Assembly (NCBI GenBank): GCA_963713825.1
Contig: CAVQNG010000014.1
Location: 64,001-128,000, forward strand
Direction of reading: 5' to 3'
Length of the DNA stretch: 64,000 nucleotides
From: an uncultured Acidobacteriota bacterium
Lineage (GTDB): Bacteria; Acidobacteriota; Thermoanaerobaculia; Multivoradales; JAHEKO01
Below the pieces are notes generated by a model. The model did no database searches, was not told where the DNA came from, and saw only the letters and a list, made by a program, of their open reading frames with translations. Position numbers and translations under genes: made by a program. Below are positions 20,776 to 30,018 of this stretch, one piece after another (within the stretch, counting starts at the first letter, position 1; each line of letters starts with the position of its first letter).

Positions 20776-21672
20776 TCAGGCCGGCGCCAGCTCGCCTCGT
20801 CGCCTCCAGAACAGCCAGGCAACCAGGGCGATGGCGGCGACCGTGACAACACCGAACTCACCGACCAGGTACTGTGCCGTGCCCTCCGATGTGGTGAGTC
20901 GATCGAAGAAGCTCTGAATGAAGGCATTGTGGCTGGCATGAAGAAGCACTGCCGTCCACAGACTCCCCGATTTGAGGCGCAACCAAGCGAAGATGAAGCT
21001 AGCGGCAATCGCCATCAGCGAAAATGTGACCAGGCTGAAAGCGGCCGATCCGCTCTGATAGCCGGCGACGAGAATCAGCGGCCAGTGCCAGGTCGCCCAG
21101 ATGAGGCCAGAGATCCAGGAGGTGTTTGTATAGGAGGTAACTTCCGCCAGCCTCGGGACCAGCAATCCGCGCCAACCGATCTCCTCGCCGAGGGCGAACA
21201 GGAGGTTGAAGAACATGCCGCGTGTCGCGATCAGCAAGAAGAATACGCCGAGTACGGCGCCATCAGACCCGAATGTCCATCCCCAGCGCTCGTCGAGTCG
21301 TTCGGCGATCTGCCCAAGCATCTCGTGGTCGAAGAACGCTCCGCCACTCGCCAGCCAGGCCAGACCATAGGCCAAGGCCGCATAGAGAAGCGGCGTCCCG
21401 TAGCTGGCCAGCAGGTACCGTGGCTTGCCCAGCCCCCACCCGAGTCCCCGGAGATTCCGCTGGAAGGCAAACCGGGTGATCAGTGCCGCGACCCCCGGGC
21501 ACCACATCAGTCCTAGAATGAGGAGAGCACCCGCAGCTTCGAGGTCCCCCGCCGCGATGATCTTGTAGTAGAAGATCGAGCTCAGGCCGAGGGTGAGCAA
21601 TAGGAAGGTGATGATTTCCCGCCAAGCCCCGCCTGTGTGGGTGTGCTGGGATTCTTCAGTAGAGGCCCTCAT
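20776..21672 (-). CDS. CPBP/CAAX-family intramembrane metalloprotease
   Basis: GEEIGWRG, WATWHWP, LLHASHN; multiple TM helices. Confidence 0.92.
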   Translation of the reverse strand: MRASTEESQHTHTGGAWREIITFLLLTLGLSSIFYYKIIAAGDLEAAGALLILGLMWCPGVAALITRFAFQRNLRGLGWGLGKPRYLLASYGTPLLYAALAYGLAWLASGGAFFDHEMLGQIAERLDERWGWTFGSDGAVLGVFFLLIATRGMFFNLLFALGEEIGWRGLLVPRLAEVTSYTNTSWISGLIWATWHWPLILVAGYQSGSAAFSLVTFSLMAIAASFIFAWLRLKSGSLWTAVLLHASHNAFIQSFFDRLTTSEGTAQYLVGEFGVVTVAAIALVAWLFWRRRGELAPA

Positions 21673-21986
21673 AGACTGCCTTACGACCCTGAGATGAGTC
21701 GTGTTTCACTAACTACTCGGGACTATTGCGACGAGGCTAACCAGGCCGAAGTGTCGCCGGTTTCAAAGCAGTCGAGGAATACCCGTCATCGGCAGTCCTG
21801 AATTGATGGACACCCAGCTTTTGCCGTCGGCCCGAGATCAAAAGATCCCTTTTCCAGTGGCGGTAACGAGGTACCCACCATGAGCCTCCAAGTCGTTGAT
21901 CTGCGATGTCACCGGACCCTCGAATCTCTGCCATTGAGCGAAGACAAGAGACGACGTCGACGCCAAAAGCACGGCTCCAAACACAA

Positions 21987-22025
21987 GCGCCGGCAGGGAC
22001 CCCAACCGAACCCCCAGATCCGAAG
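21987..22025 (-). repeat. Degenerate copy of the tRNA-Arg 3' half (att scar A)
   Basis: GCGCCGGCAGGGACcCcAACC--GAACCCCCAGATCCGAAG compared with tRNA 49256-49296. Confidence 0.8.
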
Positions 22026-22077
22026 GTGCGAAGCTGAAACCTGCGAGGCCCGAGACCAGAGATCTCAGGATGGACGG

Positions 22078-22792
22078 CTACCACTCCACCATTTCGATCG
22101 CACCTCCGTCCAGGAGTTGGGCTGTCGCGTTCGCAGCGGTGGATGGAAATTTGCCTTTGTGAGAAATGGCAAGGCATGACCCCCTTCCTGGCATACGAGA
22201 GAGGAATCCGTGGATCGCGAAGACCACGTAGGGGCCAATCTCGACCGTCCCGCTCGACCGGAATCTCTGGTAGGACGTCCGCGGCTTCAAATGGATCGAA
22301 CACCCCTTCCAGAGCCTGTGTCAGCTTCATGGGAAAACGAGCTTCGAGATCCTTGCCAAGAGGAACCTGCGTCACGTCACCCGCCGCCATGAGGAGCGTC
22401 TCACCGCGGATCAAAGAGATGGCAAGATCAGCGGAAGACGATCTCGAGAGGTGAATCAGGTCGCCTGGTTGGCGGGCAGACATCACCTGCGTGTCGACGA
22501 AGAAGGATGCCGATGCGACCGACGCCAAGTGGCGACTTGGTGCGGTCAGCTTGATTCGACTTCGTAGAATATTGGGAAGCCAAACTCCTCGATCCCAGCC
22601 GGGGTTCGGCGTGGGGCCAGCGTCCTCGATTTGCATGTGAGGGGTATGCCCTACAAGGCGATGGTCCTGAAGCTTGCGCCCTGAGAGTTTGACGAGGTAG
22701 GTCAGCCGGGCCTCACACGACCCGCCCGAGTTTTCCCAATCCACAGGTATCTCGGCAACATAGTCGAACGTGCCACTGATGAGCATGACCAT
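22078..22792 (-). pseudogene. Hypothetical protein, frameshifted near 22255; C-terminal fragment of a paralog at 38.7 kb
   Basis: ORF 22792 joins ORF 22078-22290 (EIGPYVVFAIHGFL...AIEMVEW*); homolog IELGPYVIFAIHGFL...AIEMVQW* at 38682-38770. Confidence 0.55.
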
Positions 22793-23214
22793 GGTTCACC
22801 TCTATAGCTGTGCTGTCAAAAAGGAGGGTTGATGTAGTCGCTGAGCCGTGCCGCTCCCTTCAGTACTCCAACCCGATTCGCAGCATCAGGCGGCGGGGTT
22901 TGACCCACATTCTGGGCACGAACTCGTCGCCTTCATTGAGCACGTAGTCACCGAACTGGACAACCGCAGAGCTGTTGAGCAGGGATCTCGAAAGAACCGA
23001 AGAAAAGACTTGACAAGATTTTCGCGTCATTTTTCGGAGCCTCTGAGGTCGACCCTTGAAAGAGTCTGTGTGGCCCTGGGTGACTTCCTGCGTGGCGTAC
23101 CTCGCGATGCGTGACGAAAATGCCTCGAGGCCCCTCGATCGTGCGCCAGAAGACATCCTAAAGCGTTGAAAATAGTAGGTTTATAATGGTGCGTGACTCC
23201 TGGAGAGAACGCTC

Positions 23215-24537
23215 ATGATCGAACCTATTGCTACCCCGACTACGAAATCACAACTCGGCCCTGGAACTTCGGAGGTCGACCAGCTCGGCGATCGAATCGC
23301 CGAGCTCTCGGCCCAGATCCAGGCTGCCACCTACCACCTGCTGGTCCTGATCCGGGAGTTCGACGAGAAGAGCGGTTGGAACACCGGCTTTCGCTCCTGT
23401 GCCCATTGGCTCAACTGGCGCACTGGGCTCGACCTGGGCGCGGCCCGGGAGAAGGTACGAGTGGCCAAGGCCCTGGGCGAGTTGCCGCTTCTTTCCGAGG
23501 CGATGGGTTGTGGGGAGCTCTCCTACTCCAAGGTCAGGGCCCTGACCCGAGTGGCGACCCGTGAGAACGAGGCGGAGCTCCTCGAATTCGCTCGGGCTGG
23601 AACGGCCGCCCATGTGGAGAAGCTGGTGCGGGCCTGGCGCCGTGTCGATCGGCAGGACGAGGTCCACCGAGAGAATCTACGTCACGCCAGCCGCTACCTG
23701 GCGGCCACCACGGATTACGACGGCATGATCGTGCTACGGGCACGATTGGACCCGGAAGTGGGAGCCGCTCTGCTGAAAGCTCTGGAGGCAGCCGAGCAGG
23801 TGCTCTATGACAGAGAGCGGGAGACCAAGGACGAGCGAGGCGATGGAATCGCGGTCCGCCAGCGACGAGCGGATGCCATAGGTCTTGTCGCCGAAAGTGC
23901 GCTGGATGGCGGGATGGACCAAGGAACTCGGGCCGAGCGCTTGCAGGTGGTGGTGCATGTCGACGAGGAGGTTCTGGCCGATCCGCAAGCCGCAGGGGTG
24001 TCCATGCTGGAGGACGGCACAGACGTTTCCGCGGAAACGTCCCGGAGGCTCTCCTGCGATGCCGGCAAGGTGGTCATGAAACACGATTCCGAGGGCAATA
24101 TCCTCGATGTCGGCCGTCGAACTCGCACGATTCCCACCCCGATTCGCCGCGCTCTGACCGCCAGGGACGAAGGCTGCCAGTTTCCGGGCTGCGGATTGAA
24201 GCATTGCGAGGCTCACCACCTCAAACACTGGGCCGACGGAGGAAAGACCAGCCTCGAAAACCTGGTTCTGCTGTGTCGCCGTCACCATCGCGCCGTGCAC
24301 GAAGAGGGATACCGCATCGAGCACATTGGGGATGGCGGGCTGCGCTTCTTCCGACCCCAGGGCTGGGAGATTCCGAGCGTTCCTCCGCCACCACCCCTGG
24401 TCGAGGACCCCTTGGCGGAGCTCGAGAGCCTGCTCGACGAGGAAGACATCTCGATCGACTCCCACACAGGGTTTCCGCGCTGGCAGGGAGAGCGACTCGA
24501 CCTCAACTGGGCGGTCCAGGGCTATCGACAGCTGTGA
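23215..24537 (+). CDS. DUF222 + HNH endonuclease (13E12-repeat-like family)
   Basis: SCAHWLNWRTG, LSYSKVRALTRVA, RRLSCDA, RDEGCQFPGC, HHLKHWADGGKTSLENLVLLCRRHHRAVH. Confidence 0.92.
   Translation: MIEPIATPTTKSQLGPGTSEVDQLGDRIAELSAQIQAATYHLLVLIREFDEKSGWNTGFRSCAHWLNWRTGLDLGAAREKVRVAKALGELPLLSEAMGCGELSYSKVRALTRVATRENEAELLEFARAGTAAHVEKLVRAWRRVDRQDEVHRENLRHASRYLAATTDYDGMIVLRARLDPEVGAALLKALEAAEQVLYDRERETKDERGDGIAVRQRRADAIGLVAESALDGGMDQGTRAERLQVVVHVDEEVLADPQAAGVSMLEDGTDVSAETSRRLSCDAGKVVMKHDSEGNILDVGRRTRTIPTPIRRALTARDEGCQFPGCGLKHCEAHHLKHWADGGKTSLENLVLLCRRHHRAVHEEGYRIEHIGDGGLRFFRPQGWEIPSVPPPPPLVEDPLAELESLLDEEDISIDSHTGFPRWQGERLDLNWAVQGYRQL
24022..24041. repeat. 20-bp perfect palindrome, copy 1 (inside the HNH gene)
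   Basis: GACGTTTCCGCGGAAACGTC, encodes DVSAETS. Confidence 0.95.
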
Positions 24538-24544
24538 CGGACCC

Positions 24545-24564
24545 GGCGTTTCCGCGGAAACGTC
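24545..24564. repeat. 20-bp palindrome, copy 2 (19/20), 7 bp after the HNH stop
   Basis: GgCGTTTCCGCGGAAACGTC. Confidence 0.95.
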
Positions 24565-24618
24565 TGCGCACCCTCCTCAGGGCGCCCGAATCGGCTGGCA
24601 CCGTTCCCGATCCCCGAG

Positions 24619-24957
24619 TCACAGCGCCAGTACCAGGCGAATACCCTCATCAATGCGAGTCATCGCTTGGGTTGTCAGGCGACCGACCGGTTTAGAGAGA
24701 AAGGAGCGGTCGAGTGTGAGCAGCTGCGACACATTCACAACCGAGTCCTTGGGGAGCCAGCTGGTCTTCTTCTTCAGCAATACGTTGCCGGGAGAATCTG
24801 CCAGGCGTAGGTTCGATGTAATGACCGCGACGACAACGGTCTGAATCCGGCTGGCATTGAAGGCGTCGGATTGCACGATGAGGACAGGCCGGCGAAGCCC
24901 AGGGCCAGAGCCCTGAGGCCGGGGGAGTGAGGCCCACCGGATCTCCCCCCGCTGCAC
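24619..24957 (-). CDS. mazF: MazF/PemK-family endoribonuclease toxin
   Basis: QRGEIRWASL, GSGPGLRRPVLIVQSDAFN, VITSN, SVVNVSQLLTLD. Confidence 0.93.
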   Translation of the reverse strand: MQRGEIRWASLPRPQGSGPGLRRPVLIVQSDAFNASRIQTVVVAVITSNLRLADSPGNVLLKKKTSWLPKDSVVNVSQLLTLDRSFLSKPVGRLTTQAMTRIDEGIRLVLAL

Positions 24958-25193
24958 TACCAGTCCTCGGAATCCAGCGTAGCGAGTTGCAGGGTGTCGA
25001 GGATGGGATCGACTCGCGCTGGCTCGTCGCTGTAGATCTGGTTGAGACTCTCGGTGACTTCAAGGTGTTGATGCTCGGCCACGAAACACCGAACTGCCGT
25101 GGCATAGAGTCGGCTCCGGGAAAGACCCAAGCGTTGGGCAAGTTGCTCGGCTGCCTCGTAGACCTGGTCAGGAATCGAGATCGCGGTTTTCAT
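24957..25193 (-). CDS. Ribbon-helix-helix antitoxin (ChpI-like)
   Basis: MKTAISIPDQVYEAAEQLAQRLGLSRSRLYATAV; abuts the toxin. Confidence 0.9.
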   Translation of the reverse strand: MKTAISIPDQVYEAAEQLAQRLGLSRSRLYATAVRCFVAEHQHLEVTESLNQIYSDEPARVDPILDTLQLATLDSEDW

Positions 25194-25198
25194 GTCTA

Positions 25199-25220
25199 TA
25201 GTATAACCAAAGTTATACTA
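25199..25220. promoter_or_regulatory. Inverted-repeat operator of the MazEF-like operon
   Basis: TAGTATAAC-CAAA-GTTATACTA, 5 bp upstream of the antitoxin ATG. Confidence 0.7.
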
Positions 25221-25434
25221 ATGAGTCAGTGATGGAGCTGAGCTGATCCGACAGCCTGGAATCGAGCCGGGAAACAGTACCCCGGAGCTTTCTAGATCTT
25301 GGTCTATCTGTATGGAGCTTCGTTACGCTTCAGGTTGTGGATCGTCAGGAGTCCACCCTGACACCCAGTCGTAGCAAAGGCCTGTTGATATCCCCGAACC
25401 GTCGCAGAATCGGCTGCCCCCTATTCGCAGTTCC

Positions 25435-25454
25435 GACGTTTCCGCGGAAACGTC
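25435..25454. repeat. 20-bp perfect palindrome, copy 3 (intergenic)
   Basis: GACGTTTCCGCGGAAACGTC. Confidence 0.95.
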
Positions 25455-25815
25455 TTCAGGCGGGGGCAAACCCCGCCCCTGCTCTAATACCCACCCCTGC
25501 GCCTAAATTCGAGATCGGCTGGCACCCACCTAGTAACCCAACTAGTACGGGCAGTGGCGAAAGGGGAGAAACAGTGCACGAAGGCGTGAGGATGCGAACC
25601 AACCCCTTGGTCCACTCCTGGTCCATTTCGGTGGAACTTGTGGACGGTTCCCGAACTATCAGTAAGTCCTTCCGATAGGTTTCCGTGACAAGGGGAGGTA
25701 TCTCGGAGCCACGCGAGCGACTCGTGAATATTGAGATGACTGTCCCGATAGTTCAGACTAGGAAGACAAGGCTGGGCGCAAGTGCCGCCACTCAGAAACA
25801 GCCTGTGAGAGCTTT

Positions 25816-27006
25816 CTATTCCACTGTATTCGACCACGCCGAGGTGTCGCCGGACTCGAAGCCGTCTCTGAATAACAGCTGAGGGGTCATGTCTCCGAGG
25901 GCAACGTGATATGTGTCGTTCTCGTCGGAGCTAAGATCGGTACAGCTGAATCCACCCAGGCCATCTCCGAGACACAACCGATTCCGCGCCTGGTAGTTCC
26001 CGAAAACAGCATCGAGGTATTGATCGTCGTCGACGTAGCTTAGAGCGACACCAAGAGAGTCGAACTCGTCGGTACTGACATCGCCGCAGGTGAAGTGCCC
26101 GGCTCCATCTCCGAGGCACACTCGATTTCGACCGAAGGCGACCCCGAACACGGCATCGAGGTTCTGATCGTCGTCGATCAACCCCAAAGAAACTCTCGTG
26201 TGGAAGTGTTCGTCCGTGCTGACATCGCTACAAGTGAAGCCGCCCAGGCCATTGCCAATACAGACGCGGTTGCGTTGTTCTTTGTTGGCGAAGACGGCAT
26301 CGAGAATCTGGTCGTTGTCGATGTAGCCCAGAGCAACGCCAGTCGAGTAGAACTCGTCGCTACTGACATCACTGCAAGTGAAGCCACCCAAACCGTCCCC
26401 AAGGCAGATGCGATTGCGCGGCTGACTCGGGAAACCAGTACCCCAGACTGCAAAGACGGCGTCAAGGACCTGATCGTTGTCAACTAGGCCCAGCGCAACA
26501 TCTGTGGCACCAACGATGTCGGTGCCAACGTTGCTGCAGGTGAACTGTCCGGCTCCATCTCCGAGGCATACGCGATTCGGCGTGGCCGCATTGTGACCTC
26601 CAATGATGGCGTCGAGGTGCTGATCGCCATCAATAAGTCCGAGCGCCACGCCGGATGAGCCTTCTGCTACAGTATCGACATAACTGCAAGAGGAAAATCT
26701 CCCCAAGCCGTCGCCAAAGCAGACACGGTCGCGTTGATGTGCGCGATTGGCAAACACAGCATCGGGGTGCTGATCGCCATCCACGAGGCCGAGCGCAACC
26801 GTCCCGCCAGCGTCCTCGTCATCGCTGACATCACTACACATGAACCCTGCACCACCGTCGCCAAGGCAGAAACGATCTGGAGATCCCCAGACCGCAAAAA
26901 CAGCGTCTAAGGATTCACTCGCCGACACCGCCCCGGCACCGACCATTGCTGACAAAAGCACAATCAGTCCGGCACAGACTTTCAACCTCTCTCTCATCTC
27001 GAACAT
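25816..27006 (-). CDS. Secreted FG-GAP/VCBS-like repeat protein with C-terminal FxDGFESGD tail
   Basis: Signal peptide; 7 repeats of about 48 aa, DAVF...NRVCLGDGxGxFxCSDV...GVALG; ends LFRDGFESGDTSAWS. Confidence 0.85.
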   Translation of the reverse strand: MFEMRERLKVCAGLIVLLSAMVGAGAVSASESLDAVFAVWGSPDRFCLGDGGAGFMCSDVSDDEDAGGTVALGLVDGDQHPDAVFANRAHQRDRVCFGDGLGRFSSCSYVDTVAEGSSGVALGLIDGDQHLDAIIGGHNAATPNRVCLGDGAGQFTCSNVGTDIVGATDVALGLVDNDQVLDAVFAVWGTGFPSQPRNRICLGDGLGGFTCSDVSSDEFYSTGVALGYIDNDQILDAVFANKEQRNRVCIGNGLGGFTCSDVSTDEHFHTRVSLGLIDDDQNLDAVFGVAFGRNRVCLGDGAGHFTCGDVSTDEFDSLGVALSYVDDDQYLDAVFGNYQARNRLCLGDGLGGFSCTDLSSDENDTYHVALGDMTPQLLFRDGFESGDTSAWSNTVE

Positions 27007-27153
27007 CCTTTCCGCATGTGGATCGGGGGAATTCCCGGCCGGCCATATCGATAGGCACTTCGGCCCCTCCTTACAGGAACGGTGATCCGGTGATTCGGCC
27101 CTGAGCTATTCCGGGTGTGCCTTCGTCGAAGCACTTTCACTGTCTCCGCTAAT

Positions 27154-27181
27154 AGAAGGCCCAAGCGGACAGATTTGTTAC
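27154..27181 (-). promoter_or_regulatory. Putative ECF sigma promoter, copy 1
   Basis: Minus strand GTAACAAATCTGT-N7-GGCCTTCT, 147 bp upstream of the FG-GAP gene; matches 37699-37726. Confidence 0.6.
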
Positions 27182-27230
27182 CCCCAATTGACGGGGGCGC
27201 TCTCCGGGCCTGACCGTCTGAGGAAGGGAT

Positions 27231-29993
27231 CTAGAACTCAACCCTCAAGCCCAGCTCGTAGCGGCGGGGGAGCTGCCATTCGGTGGCGTCGCCTTGCTCG
27301 TACTCGCCACAACCGCTGACCCGGCCGCAGATGTCGGTAGCGTTCTCCGAGTCGAAGAGGTTGAGGACCGTTCCGATCAACCGTAGGCGGGTGCGCCCGA
27401 GGTTGAAATCCTTGGAGAGCTGGACGTCGAGCTGGCCCCACTCGTCTCCTTCACGGCTACCACGGGGCTCGACAAGAATGTTGCCCCAGGCACCTGGATC
27501 GACGGTGGCCGCAGGACGGACCGGGGTCCAACGGAAAGGCGACCCCCAGACTCCGTTGAATCCGATGCCGAAGTCCAGCGGCAAGAAGACATAACCGCTC
27601 GCCTTCAGTCGGTGCTTGCGGTGATAGCCGAGATAGCCGTCACGATTCGTGAAGTGGTAGGGATACAGATCGAAATCGGTCGACGCGATATTGCTGTGAG
27701 TCGAGCCTTCGGAATTGGAGTTGGTGTACGAGGCCAGCACGTGGAGGCGATCCAGCGCTCGGCTTTCGAAGCTCAAGAGCCATCCGGTGTAGTCGCGACG
27801 AGCCTGGGGAAGATTGGCGATGATGAATCCAGTGCAACTGGTACCGGTTGTAGGTGTCGGGTAGTTTTCGACACAGGTGTCGTCGAACACGTCGCGTGTG
27901 GCCTTGTCGACGTAACTCAGCTCGAGAGAGGTGCGGCGGAGGAGCTCCCTTTCGAAGCCGATGATGAAAGTATCGACGTACTGGGGTGTGAGATCGGACG
28001 CGATGACAGAGGGCTCTGACCCGACGGTATTGAAGAGTAGCCATCCCGCAGGATCCCAGTGGTTGGGATCAAAACGCCATTCCAGACCCTGGCTTGCACC
28101 CACTGCGGCGCACACCTCGGGATCAGTCACCCCCACGATGGTCGTGCAGGAGCCCCAGATCCTTCCGGTCTCCACCGCGGTGATCGCCGCGCGCGGCAAC
28201 TGAAGGAAGCTCGAGTGCATGAAGCGGCCCCCCGATGCTCGAAGAAGATTGCGTCCGTTCCGCGTCAGGTCCCAGGTGACCCCGAGGCGGGGCTGGAGCA
28301 TCTGGAGATCCGCCACCTCCTGCCCTATGTCGTTGTCGTAGATCGCGCGGTCCCAGCGAAGCCCGAGCTGAAGCGTGACATCCGGCCGCACACGCCAGGA
28401 ATCCTGAACGAACAGGTCGGTGATCGAGCCCGTCGTTTCATAGGGTCCCGAAGGCGACAGGGCCTGCATCAGGTACGGAATGCTGGTGCCGGAAGCGGAT
28501 AGATCACCGTACTGGTAGCCTTCCTCGCCTTGCCGACAGAGCCCTCCGCCCTGGATTCCGGTCCAACACGTATTCCGGTCTTGGGAGGTTTGGTGAATTT
28601 CGCCCCCAACCTTGATGTCGTGGCTGCCCAAGGCTTCATCCACGAACCAAGTGAAATCAGTGCCGACCTGGTCCCGTCGGATGCCTGTGGAGCGGAGCGT
28701 CAGATAGTTGCCGGTTATGAGTCCGGTGTCGAGGTTGTAGTGCTGTATCAGGGAGTTGTCACCGCTCATGGGGCCCAATTCGTCATCGACCCAGTCCGAA
28801 CCGATGTGCATCTCCCAGAGGAGGCTTCGCGCCAAGACCCCGGACACCTCGGCCTGGAAGAGGGTGTAGGGACGTTCCCAGCGACCCGTCGCCTCGGCAG
28901 CCGTGAATGTCCCGGAACCCGCATTGGTACTCTCAAAAGGGGTTCTGAGGTACTTTGCCTGGACCAACCAGTTCGGAGCCGCCTGACCGGTGATCTTGAT
29001 GAAGGCCGGGGTGCTTGCCTGTCGCTCCGTGGTGGGGGAATCGAGCCAGGTCCAGCGGTAGTCGTGCGACTCGAGCGAGCCGAAGAACCAGGCTCGGTCG
29101 CGAACGAGGCGGCCACCGAGGGTGACGCCCGCGATGCTCGTGCTCGAAGTCTGTTCGTCGGGATTGTAGTGATCCCCAGAGGTCTCGAGGTTGTTGTCCG
29201 TGTAGCGGATATCGACTGCTCCCGACCAGGCATTGCTGCCGGACTTCGTCAGCGCATTGATGACCCCACCCGTAGCACGTCCAAACTCGGCTTGGAAGCC
29301 TCCCGATTCGAAGGCCACCTCCTGGATGGCGAGGGTTGGGTATCCCACCTGAGGGCCACCCCAGCTCGGGCTCGTAGCATCGAGGCCGTCGATCAGGAAC
29401 ACGTTCTCTGACCCAGTAGACCCTAAAACGCTCTGGGTGAAGTAGAAACCAGACTCTCCCGCCGGAAACGTGGAGCCGGTCCCAGCCGCCTGCAGAATCA
29501 GCTGTATGTGCGAATAGCGAACGCCTAGGCCGACCGCTGCCTCCTGGATGAAGTCGTTGGTGAAGCTCTGCCCCGTGGACACTCTCTGAGGATCCACTAC
29601 GGGTGTCGTTTCGGTGACCGTGATCTCGTCCCCATATCTGGCGAGCGGCAGGACGACCCGCACCTGAGCCATGCGCTCCAGGCGCACCTGGACCTCGGTG
29701 AGCTCCTGGGTGTGGAAGCCGTCGAGCTCGAGGCGCACGGTGAAGTACCCGGGGCTCAGACGGGGATACTGGAACCATCCCTCGGCGTCGGTCTGGGTCG
29801 TCTGGACTCCGCCGATCTGGTTGGGAGAACTCGCTGAGACCGCGACACCGGGCAGTGGCACACCTTCCCCGTCGACTACAAAGCCCGAAAGCCGCCCCGT
29901 AGTTCCAGCGTGAACGGGTTCGGCCAGGGTCAGAACTACAGCAGCCATTGCGATGATCAGGCATGCGGATGGGACAGCAGCTCCCGCTTTCAT
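27231..29993 (-). CDS. Oar-like TonB-dependent receptor with N-terminal carboxypeptidase-regulatory-like domain
   Basis: Signal peptide, GVPLPGVAV, AEFGRATGGVINALTKSGSN, FVQDSWRV, LGLRWD, terminal Phe. Confidence 0.92.
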   Translation of the reverse strand: MKAGAAVPSACLIIAMAAVVLTLAEPVHAGTTGRLSGFVVDGEGVPLPGVAVSASSPNQIGGVQTTQTDAEGWFQYPRLSPGYFTVRLELDGFHTQELTEVQVRLERMAQVRVVLPLARYGDEITVTETTPVVDPQRVSTGQSFTNDFIQEAAVGLGVRYSHIQLILQAAGTGSTFPAGESGFYFTQSVLGSTGSENVFLIDGLDATSPSWGGPQVGYPTLAIQEVAFESGGFQAEFGRATGGVINALTKSGSNAWSGAVDIRYTDNNLETSGDHYNPDEQTSSTSIAGVTLGGRLVRDRAWFFGSLESHDYRWTWLDSPTTERQASTPAFIKITGQAAPNWLVQAKYLRTPFESTNAGSGTFTAAEATGRWERPYTLFQAEVSGVLARSLLWEMHIGSDWVDDELGPMSGDNSLIQHYNLDTGLITGNYLTLRSTGIRRDQVGTDFTWFVDEALGSHDIKVGGEIHQTSQDRNTCWTGIQGGGLCRQGEEGYQYGDLSASGTSIPYLMQALSPSGPYETTGSITDLFVQDSWRVRPDVTLQLGLRWDRAIYDNDIGQEVADLQMLQPRLGVTWDLTRNGRNLLRASGGRFMHSSFLQLPRAAITAVETGRIWGSCTTIVGVTDPEVCAAVGASQGLEWRFDPNHWDPAGWLLFNTVGSEPSVIASDLTPQYVDTFIIGFERELLRRTSLELSYVDKATRDVFDDTCVENYPTPTTGTSCTGFIIANLPQARRDYTGWLLSFESRALDRLHVLASYTNSNSEGSTHSNIASTDFDLYPYHFTNRDGYLGYHRKHRLKASGYVFLPLDFGIGFNGVWGSPFRWTPVRPAATVDPGAWGNILVEPRGSREGDEWGQLDVQLSKDFNLGRTRLRLIGTVLNLFDSENATDICGRVSGCGEYEQGDATEWQLPRRYELGLRVEF

Positions 29994-30018
29994 CGAGGCT
30001 CTCCTTCCAGGTACAGCA

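Noticed and set aside
21800-21818. GAATTGATGGACACCCAG as a relative of the ATCGGCTGGCACC motif
   Set aside because: Similarity is too weak to separate from chance without a genome-wide motif search.
21737-22792. 351-aa ORF as an intact gene
   Set aside because: It runs through the tRNA-derived att scar. Paralog evidence puts the real C-terminus in another frame ending at 22078.
24022-25454. Palindrome copies as a CRISPR array
   Set aside because: Only three copies, spaced 523 and 890 bp apart, one of them coding, and no cas genes.
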